IMG/VR virus record: IMGVR_UViG_3300034196_000017
Span: 77,422-99,415 of that record
Direction: 5' to 3' (one strand)
Length of the DNA: 21,994 bases
Source of the DNA: a virus
Lineage: Duplodnaviria > Heunggongvirae > Uroviricota > Caudoviricetes
Shown: positions 1 to 4,563 of the stretch, in pieces
Layout of the letters: every line of letters starts with the position of its first letter
How positions within the stretch are numbered: the stretch's first letter is position 1
Position numbers and translations under genes: made by a program
Notes under the pieces: model-generated
Told to the model about the DNA's origin: nothing
What the model saw: the letters and a program-made list of their open reading frames with translations, nothing else
Database searches by the model: none

Positions 1-433
1 AATGTGTGGTATGTTCCATATCAAGACTAAAAGCACCAGTAGCGACAGCATCTGTCTCTTTCTGATTCTCTTCTAGTTGATTGGCATTGTTTTCGTTCTT
101 CTCTCTAACACCGAGGATCGCCATCTCTTCACGCAAGCATGTGTTGTTAAGACTCTCGATTGATTTGACTACAAACTTCGCCATATCAACCTTTTCTTTA
201 GTCATGGTGACAGTATCACCAGCTGAGTTCTTACCAGTCATACTAATGCGGAGAATCTCTAGAGCATCGTCTTGGAGTGCACACAGTTTCATTAGCTGCG
301 TTCTCATCTTAGATCTTGGTGTCTTACCACCTGAGCCCTTTGGACGTCCAGCAGGGTTACCAGAGACGCCTCGTTGAAACCTTGTATCTCTTTCATGTAG
401 TGGGCTTTCACCCATGTCTTCATTTTGGCTCAT
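1..433 (-). CDS. Probable terminase small subunit (DUF5681 motif), partial; runs off window start
   Basis: Manual translation MSQNEDMGESPLHERDTRFQRGVSGNPAGRPKGSGGK...; F-x-x-G-x-SGNP-x-GRPKG motif; RBS AGGGAGG; open to position 1; absent from the ORF track because it has no stop in the window. Confidence 0.75.
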   Translation of the reverse strand, partial: MSQNEDMGESPLHERDTRFQRGVSGNPAGRPKGSGGKTPRSKMRTQLMKLCALQDDALEILRISMTGKNSAGDTVTMTKEKVDMAKFVVKSIESLNNTCLREEMAILGVREKNENNANQLEENQKETDAVATGAFSLDMEHTTH

Positions 434-460
434 AAAGCCTCCCTTTAGTCAAGTTACATA

Positions 461-489
461 ATTCTAACCTTAATTAGTTGATTTGTCAA
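461..489 (-). promoter_or_regulatory. Sigma70 promoter for terminase small subunit
   Basis: TTGACA (489-484), 17-nt spacer, TAGAAT (466-461). Confidence 0.85.
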
Positions 490-508
490 GACCACTAGTG
501 TATAGACG

Positions 509-538
509 AAAAAAAGCCCCGCTTATTAGGCAGGGCTT
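509..538 (-). terminator. Rho-independent terminator ending the tRNA array transcript
   Basis: GCCCTGC-CTAATAA-GCGGGGC followed by 7 T. Confidence 0.9.
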
Positions 539-544
539 CTTATT

Positions 545-720
545 TGCAGTCTAGCTGCTACATCACCTTGTCGGGTAAGATGTTTGTTTCCCGTCTCAGA
601 ACACCTCCGACCGACACTCTATATGCCGACGAAGGTACTGGAATCAAACCAGTCTTGGGAATAAGATTTGATGCTCGGACGGGTTTCGCATCGCGGGTCC
701 GATAGTTTGAGATGACACAT
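545..720 (-). ncRNA. Structured ncRNA with permuted tRNA-like module (T-arm followed by loop-closed acceptor-like stem)
   Basis: ACTGG-TTTGATT-CCAGT (653-637) directly followed by ACCTTCG/CGGAGGT 7-bp stem extended by TCGGCA/TGTCGG; flanking stems TTCCC/GGGAA, GCATCA/TGATGT, TCGGAC/GTCCGA; no credible ORF. Confidence 0.55.
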
Positions 721-726
721 CAAATT

Positions 727-806
727 TGGCAAGGGAAGTAGGATTCGAACCCACGAAATGCCGGGATCAAAACCCGGTGCCTTAGACCTGACTTGGCTAT
801 TCCCTA
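727..806 (-). tRNA. tRNA-Gln(UUG)
   Basis: CCGGG-TT TTG AT-CCCGG anticodon arm, GTGGG-TTCGAAT-CCTAC T-arm, encoded CCA. Confidence 0.93.
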
Positions 807-812
807 ATTGTT

Positions 813-903
813 TGGCGGAAAGAGGAGGAGTCGAACCCCAACCACGTAAGCAGTACCTAGTTTTCAAGACTAGTCGCAGGCCAACCCCGCTGCATCACTT
901 TCC
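813..903 (-). tRNA. tRNA-Ser(UGA)
   Basis: CTAGT-CT TGA AA-ACTAG, long variable arm, G73-CCA. Confidence 0.93.
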
Positions 904-908
904 TTATT

Positions 909-996
909 TGGCAGTACAAGTAGGATTTGAACCTACGGTGCGTTTCCACACAATCCCTTAGCAGGGGATCACAATAAGCCTCTCTGTCATTGTACT
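909..996 (-). tRNA. tRNA-Ser(GCU)
   Basis: ATCCC-CT GCT AA-GGGAT, long variable arm, AGTACAA/TTGTACT acceptor, G73-CCA. Confidence 0.93.
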
Positions 997-1001
997 ATGT
1001 T

Positions 1002-1126
1002 TGGTAGGAATTGGTGGAGTTGAACCACCAGCCTCAAGCCGCTAAACTTGATTTGTACAGTAAATAACCGAACCTCTATTCCGATAAGTTCACCGGTGCA
1101 TATCAGCGTCGAGTCTGTACCTTCCC
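1002..1126 (-). ncRNA. ~125-nt tRNA-like RNA with expanded D domain, 8-nt anticodon-like loop and CCA end
   Basis: GGTGG-TTCAACT-CCACC T-arm, ATTCCT-A-CCA end, TCAAG/CTTGA arm, GTACAG/CTGTAC stem enclosing ~55 nt; 5' GGGAA starts 5 nt after the tRNA-Lys CCA. Confidence 0.65.
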
Positions 1127-1131
1127 ATATT

Positions 1132-1208
1132 TGGTTGGTCGCCCGAGATTCGAACTCGGAACACCCGGATTAAAAGTCCGGTGCTCTAACCAGTTGAGCT
1201 AGCGACCA
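1132..1208 (-). tRNA. tRNA-Lys(UUU)
   Basis: CCGGA-CT TTT AA-TCCGG, canonical cloverleaf, CCA. Confidence 0.95.
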
Positions 1209-1213
1209 TCTTG

Positions 1214-1251
1214 TTTGCAATCAGAAGCCTTACCATTCGGCCAACTAGGAC
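1214..1251 (-). pseudogene. 5' half of tRNA-Cys(GCA), truncated just after the anticodon loop
   Basis: GTCCTAG TT GGCCGAATGGTAAGGC T TCTGA TT GCA AA, then no 3' anticodon strand, T-arm or CCA. Confidence 0.7.
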
Positions 1252-1255
1252 ATAA

Positions 1256-1345
1256 TCAATTTGTGAGTATTGCAATCCATATAGCTAGACTGATCATAAT
1301 AATCAACAAGCTTGCTGGTATTGGTAATTGCATATTTACCGGCAT
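1256..1345 (-). CDS. 29-aa hydrophobic membrane micro-protein MPVNMQLPIPASLLIIMISLAIWIAILTN
   Basis: ATG preceded by AGAGGATGTAAGT; one TM-like segment; fills the spacer between tRNA-Leu and the Cys remnant. Confidence 0.55.
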   Translation of the reverse strand: MPVNMQLPIPASLLIIMISLAIWIAILTN

Positions 1346-1365
1346 ACTTACATCCTCTTTAAATT

Positions 1366-1451
1366 TGGTGCCCACAGGGAGAGTCGAACTCCCACGCCCT
1401 TTCAGGCCACAGGGTCTAAGCCTGCTATGTCTACCGTTCCATCACACGGGC
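1366..1451 (-). tRNA. tRNA-Leu(UAG)
   Basis: GCAGG-CT TAG AC-CCTGT, long variable arm, A73-CCA. Confidence 0.93.
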
Positions 1452-1456
1452 AAAAT

Positions 1457-1530
1457 TGGGGTGAGGCAGCGATTTGAACGCTACGAACCGGGTCACAACC
1501 GGAACTCCCAGCCAGCGGGAACGACCTCAC
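1457..1530 (-). tRNA. tRNA-His(GUG), atypical
   Basis: CCGG-TT GTG AC-CCGG, GTGAGGT/GCCTCAC acceptor, C73-CCA; short T-stem; no encoded G-1. Confidence 0.8.
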
Positions 1531-1644
1531 AGTCACATCTTAAATCGCGTTTGCTGCCGTCATCGACACCTTTCGGCCTTATAATCAGTACGATATCACA
1601 CCATCACTGCACGAATGCTTTCTGGTAATACCTTTTCAACAAAT

Positions 1645-1724
1645 TGGTACGCATGGGTGGATTCGAACCACCGACCTCCCATCCTCTACGGCTTGGGGAC
1701 TCTATCCTCTGAGATTACACACGT
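1645..1724 (-). ncRNA. tRNA-like RNA/pseudo-tRNA with a 12-nt non-anticodon loop
   Basis: ACGTGTG/CATGCGT acceptor, GGTGG-TTCGAAT-CCACC T-arm, AGGTC variable region, CCA; anticodon arm CCCA-AGCCGTAGAGGA-TGGG. Confidence 0.7.
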
Positions 1725-1731
1725 ATTAAAT

Positions 1732-1805
1732 TGGTCACCCCGGAAGGACTTGAACCTTCACCACTTCGTTCCAAACAAAGTACGCTACCATTACGCTACA
1801 GGGAG
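1732..1805 (-). tRNA. tRNA-Pro(UGG)
   Basis: CTTTG-TT TGG AA-CGAAG, T-arm GAAGG-TTCAAGT-CCTTC, CCA. Confidence 0.9.
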
Positions 1806-1852
1806 ATGTTGACATCTTATGCTGATCTTACGGGAAGGAACAGATGTCTTAT

Positions 1853-1939
1853 TGGTGGTCGAAGGATGGAATTGAACCTCTAGCACAAGGCGGGGTGGTT
1901 ACAGCACCCTGACAGTAGCCATCTGTCTCTACAACGACC
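1853..1939 (-). tRNA. tRNA-Tyr(GUA), atypical arms
   Basis: GGGTG-CT GTA AC-CACCC, variable arm, A73-CCA; 5-bp D-stem GACAG/CTGTC; apparent 8-nt acceptor strands. Confidence 0.8.
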
Positions 1940-1943
1940 GTAT

Positions 1944-2047
1944 TGCATTTTGACTGGCGATATTCTCAAGCCTGTCTGAATTAGTACCGGGTATCTAATG
2001 AGCGTCTAGAATTATCACTCGATACCCTGTTGAGCTTGCCAAATGCA
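1944..2047 (-). ncRNA. Candidate ~105-nt structured RNA (nested long hairpin)
   Basis: TGCATTT/AAATGCA (2047-2041 with 1950-1944), GGC/GCC, CTCAA/TTGAG, GGGTATC/GATACCC (2027-2021 with 1995-1989), GAG/CTC. Confidence 0.5.
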
Positions 2048-2050
2048 TTC

Positions 2051-2135
2051 CGAACTATATCCCACTCTATCGCAGGATGTGGGGATTGAACCCACAGCAG
2101 TCACATCTCACATAATGGGGTATAGACCCCGTTCG
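2051..2135 (-). ncRNA. Second permuted tRNA-like module (T-arm + loop-closed 7-bp acceptor-like stem)
   Basis: GTGGG-TTCAATC-CCCAC (2095-2079) directly followed by ATCCTGC-GATAGA-GTGGGAT (2078-2059); closing stem CGAAC/GTTCG; GGGG-TCTATA-CCCC hairpin. Confidence 0.55.
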
Positions 2136-2174
2136 CTATTGTTGACCTGAAGTCGAATAGCCTTTCTATAAATT

Positions 2175-2250
2175 TGGTGCCGCCACCAAGGATCGAACTT
2201 GGGACATCTTGCTTACAAGGCAAGCGCTCTACCATCTGAGCTATAACGGC
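2175..2250 (-). tRNA. tRNA-Thr(UGU)
   Basis: CTTGC-CT TGT AA-GCAAG, canonical cloverleaf, CCA. Confidence 0.95.
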
Positions 2251-2320
2251 AAGTGTGAACATTGACTCCCTGTCGGCGGTTGCCTCAACAGTGTTGCCTG
2301 TCGGAAGTTGCTCACAAATT

Positions 2321-2396
2321 TGGCAGTCTATACGGGAATTGAACCCGTGTCTCCGGCGTGACAGGCCAGTATAATCGACCACTATACTAATAGACT
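2321..2396 (-). tRNA. tRNA-Asp(GUC)
   Basis: CTGGC-CT GTC AC-GCCGG, G73-CCA. Confidence 0.93.
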
Positions 2397-2401
2397 ATAT
2401 T

Positions 2402-2478
2402 TGGTACACCATCAGGGATTCGAACCCTGTTCCTCTGATTGAAAGTCAGAAATCCTAAACCTCGTAGACGAATGGTGT
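2402..2478 (-). tRNA. tRNA-Glu(UUC)
   Basis: TCTGA-CT TTC AA-TCAGA, CCA. Confidence 0.93.
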
Positions 2479-2483
2479 ATTTG

Positions 2484-2618
2484 TTACTTAACCTTACCAG
2501 AGTAAGGATTCTTACCTTTAAGACCTTTGTTCGGATGACATTTCGACTTCTCCTTACTACCAGTAGAACTCTTCTCGATCTTGGCGTGTTCTTTTGTTGC
2601 ATCGTAAAACTTAGTCAT
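2484..2618 (-). CDS. 44-aa Lys-rich micro-protein MTKFYDATKEHAKIEKSSTGSKEKSKCHPNKGLKGKNPYSGKVK
   Basis: ATG preceded by AGAGAGGATGTAAG; fills the Asn-Glu spacer; below the ORF-track length cutoff. Confidence 0.6.
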   Translation of the reverse strand: MTKFYDATKEHAKIEKSSTGSKEKSKCHPNKGLKGKNPYSGKVK

Positions 2619-2649
2619 CTTACATCCTCTCTTTGCTTTACTACGAAAT

Positions 2650-2724
2650 TGGCACCCACGCGAGGGATCGAACCTCGGACCTACTGGTTAACAGCCAGTT
2701 GCTCTGCCGCTGAGCTACACGGGT
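2650..2724 (-). tRNA. tRNA-Asn(GUU)
   Basis: ACTGG-CT GTT AA-CCAGT, G73-CCA. Confidence 0.95.
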
Positions 2725-2747
2725 ATAAATTCTAACAATGTTCAGAC

Positions 2748-2776
2748 ATTTTACAGTAGTCTTGGGTCATTGTCAA
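2748..2776 (-). promoter_or_regulatory. Internal sigma70 promoter within the tRNA array
   Basis: TTGACA (2776-2771), 17 nt, TAAAAT (2753-2748). Confidence 0.75.
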
Positions 2777-2841
2777 CCACAACATTGATCACTATAACGG
2801 GGGATCAGTACGAACCGCTCACTACACGGTCTTAGTCGATT

Positions 2842-2915
2842 TGGTGCGGGTGACAGGTTTCGAACCTGCAATGTCTGGGTGGAAGCCAGAAGTGTTACCG
2901 TTACACTACACACGC
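2842..2915 (-). tRNA. tRNA-Gly(UCC)
   Basis: TCTGG-CT TCC AC-CCAGA, CCA. Confidence 0.93.
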
Positions 2916-2922
2916 ATTTGTT

Positions 2923-2971
2923 TGGTGGTCCGTCAAGCGTTATTACACGCTCTTTGCTTAGCATAAGGACC
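2923..2971 (-). ncRNA. 49-nt CCA-ended mini tRNA-like RNA
   Basis: GGTCC/GGACC-A-CCA acceptor-like stem enclosing AGCGT-GTAATA-ACGCT; spaced like neighbouring tRNAs (6-7 nt spacers). Confidence 0.55.
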
Positions 2972-2977
2972 ATTGTT

Positions 2978-3054
2978 TGGTTGCGAAGGCGAGACTCGAA
3001 CTCGCACATACCGGGATATGAGCCCAGCCTTCTCCCAGTTGAAAGTACCTCGCA
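2978..3054 (-). tRNA. tRNA-Met(CAU), initiator-like (three G-C pairs in anticodon stem)
   Basis: CTGGG-CT CAT AT-CCCGG; U1-A72; CCA. Confidence 0.88.
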
Positions 3055-3065
3055 ATAATTCTATT

Positions 3066-3141
3066 TGGTACACCTGAAGGGATTCGAACCCCTGACCTTG
3101 AGCTTAGAAGGCTCTTGCTCTTCCATCTGAGCTACAGGCGT
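3066..3141 (-). tRNA. tRNA-Arg(UCU)
   Basis: GAGC-CT TCT AA-GCTC, canonical D and T arms, CCA. Confidence 0.93.
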
Positions 3142-3147
3142 ATTACT

Positions 3148-3224
3148 TGGTGGGTCTCACGGGGTATGATCCCGCATCTTACCTGTTATGAGCAGGCAGC
3201 ATTATCCAATTATGCTAAAGACCC
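3148..3224 (-). tRNA. tRNA-Met/Ile2(CAU), elongator type, non-canonical T-loop
   Basis: GCCTG-CT CAT AA-CAGGT; T-loop ATCATAC; GGGTCT/AGACCC acceptor, CCA. Confidence 0.85.
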
Positions 3225-3235
3225 ATTTACTAATT

Positions 3236-3310
3236 TGGCAGGGTTATTGTAGTTACGAACTACTCTTCTCGGCTTGGCCCCGAGCGTGCTGCAAATTACA
3301 CTATCACCCT
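3236..3310 (-). tRNA. Degenerate tRNA-Trp(CCA)-like gene (G32/G33)
   Basis: CTCGG-GG CCA AG-CCGAG; D-loop lacks GG; G73-CCA. Confidence 0.6.
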
Positions 3311-3317
3311 ATTTGTT

Positions 3318-3393
3318 TGGCAGGCCGACTAGGACTTGAACCTAGAACAAAGGATTTGGAATCCTCCGTTTTCCCAATTATAACTACCGACCT
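3318..3393 (-). tRNA. tRNA-Trp(CCA)
   Basis: GAGGA-TT CCA AA-TCCTT, CTAGG-TTCAAGT-CCTAG, G73-CCA. Confidence 0.92.
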
Positions 3394-3421
3394 GTAATTT
3401 GTTGCCAAGATGTGGAAGGCC

Positions 3422-3450
3422 AATATACACTAACATCACATCTCAGTCAA
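3422..3450 (-). promoter_or_regulatory. Sigma70 promoter just upstream of the first tRNA
   Basis: TTGACT, 17 nt, TATATT. Confidence 0.65.
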
Positions 3451-3540
3451 GCAATCCTTTACGTCACCTGATTCCTTAGAGGAGAGGGCTAAGTACCAAT
3501 ACATCTGCAAAGGAAGTGCCTCTTATGTTCTGATTCGCTC

Positions 3541-3569
3541 ATTATACAGACACTTCCGTAAGTTGTCAA
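3541..3569 (-). promoter_or_regulatory. Consensus sigma70 promoter driving the tRNA array
   Basis: Perfect TTGACA-17-TATAAT with upstream A/T-rich UP-like tract. Confidence 0.92.
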
Positions 3570-3599
3570 GACCTTTTTCAAATATTTTAACTAGCGTCA

Positions 3600-3782
3600 C
3601 TAGACATGACTGTACCTCCGCTTGTAGGGTGTATGCCTTTCCGTGATGCTTTCATGTGCATATTCAAACTTGAAGTCCGCATTATACTCGCTATCATCAT
3701 CTGTGTCAAGCGAATTTTCAAGCAGATCATTAATCTCTTGCACTTCCTTCATTACATCCTCATAACTATTGGGTGTTTTCAC
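3600..3782 (-). CDS. Hypothetical acidic protein, 60 aa
   Basis: ORF with AAGGA RBS and an upstream promoter-like sequence. Confidence 0.65.
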   Translation of the reverse strand: MKTPNSYEDVMKEVQEINDLLENSLDTDDDSEYNADFKFEYAHESITERHTPYKRRYSHV

Positions 3783-3817
3783 ATCGTAGTTTCCTTTTGC
3801 TGATTAATAGAAACCAC

Positions 3818-3847
3818 ACTGTACACCCAATAGATGGAAAATGTCAA
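3818..3847 (-). promoter_or_regulatory. Possible sigma70 promoter
   Basis: TTGACA, 18 nt, TACAGT. Confidence 0.5.
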
Positions 3848-3857
3848 TACCTATGAG

Positions 3858-4154
3858 TTAACGCTTCATAGCCCACTCAACCGCTTTCACAATGATGTCA
3901 CCGTGACATGACTTAGGTTTACAGAAACAACCTAATCGCTTCCCATGCAGGCTCTTCAGCATTTCAACAGTGATTGTACCAGAACGTATGCTATCCCACA
4001 ACTGATTTCTGTAAGCGTCTACAGCCTCATCACGTGTTTCTACCTTGTGTGATGCCTTAGTTTCAGGGAGGTGACTGTAGTCGTTACCCCAGACAGAACC
4101 ACGACCAATGTAGATATCATACCCATCTTTGTATTTGTTGACGACTGTACACAT
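3858..4154 (-). CDS. DUF4326 family protein, 98 aa
   Basis: VVN...YDIYIGRGSVWGN...LGCFCKPKSCHGDII signature. Confidence 0.85.
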   Translation of the reverse strand: MCTVVNKYKDGYDIYIGRGSVWGNDYSHLPETKASHKVETRDEAVDAYRNQLWDSIRSGTITVEMLKSLHGKRLGCFCKPKSCHGDIIVKAVEWAMKR

Positions 4155-4157
4155 AAA

Positions 4158-4349
4158 TCACCATCGGTCATAGGAGCTACAAGGCTCGTAGAGACCACTC
4201 ATTGTGAATTCAGGGTCGTCGTTAAGGTTGATAGTTAAAACCTCACCAGCAGCAGTGGAGAGGCTTACAGAGCCACATGTGTCGTCAGCCAGTACTGCAC
4301 CACCGTGAAAATTGTACGAATCGTGTTCTGTAGTGTAAATCTTACTCAC
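4158..4349 (-). CDS. Hypothetical protein, 63 aa
   Basis: GTG start with GAGGT RBS; packs tightly between neighbours. Confidence 0.6.
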   Translation of the reverse strand: MSKIYTTEHDSYNFHGGAVLADDTCGSVSLSTAAGEVLTINLNDDPEFTMSGLYEPCSSYDRW

Positions 4350-4353
4350 AAAA

Positions 4354-4563
4354 TTACCTCACATTCTTGAATTGAAAAAGTTGATGGTGCCCGTTTGGTT
4401 CGTAGGTCAGATTACATGATTTTGCAGAATCACGCCAGTTGTTTTCTTCGATTGCCTGTAACCAATCACGTAGGTATTCAGCAGTCTCTTTTCTTGCACA
4501 GGTGAAGTGGACATACTCATTGTAACCGACTACCTGCCAAGCATACATAACCTTGTCATCCAT
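4354..4563 (-). CDS. Hypothetical protein, 69 aa (start moved to ATG 4563)
   Basis: GGAG RBS; ATG overlaps the upstream stop (ATGGATGA). Confidence 0.65.
   Translation of the reverse strand: MDDKVMYAWQVVGYNEYVHFTCARKETAEYLRDWLQAIEENNWRDSAKSCNLTYEPNGHHQLFQFKNVR

Noticed and set aside
81-377. 98-aa plus-strand ORF
   Set aside because: Antisense shadow of the terminase small subunit gene
1531-1640. Hammerhead-like look (CTGATTAT...GGCCGAAAGG) in the His spacer
   Set aside because: Core CUGANGA and the downstream GAAA are not matched; only weak hairpins, so no ribozyme or ncRNA is called
1811-1848. GACATCT/AGATGTC inverted repeat between Tyr and Pro
   Set aside because: Single 7-bp stem with no U-tract or other support; probably a spacer hairpin
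1530-2108. 11-mer CAGTCACATCT at 1530 and 2098
   Set aside because: About one such match is expected by chance in 3 kb, and the contexts differ
727-3393. tRNA-associated theta (HDV-like) ribozymes, tmRNA, or suppressor tRNAs/genetic code change
   Set aside because: Sequences after CCA ends are mostly short A/T spacers; no tag ORF; no CUA/UCA/UUA anticodon; genes read normally in code 11
619-3397. ORF-track ORFs overlapping the tRNA array (e.g. 1215-1628, 2101-2382, 2439-2735)
   Set aside because: They are translations of tRNA sequence on either strand, without RBS or protein-like composition
3450-3535. Possible structured leader RNA downstream of promoter 3541-3569
   Set aside because: Only short competing stems; cannot be distinguished from random folding by eye
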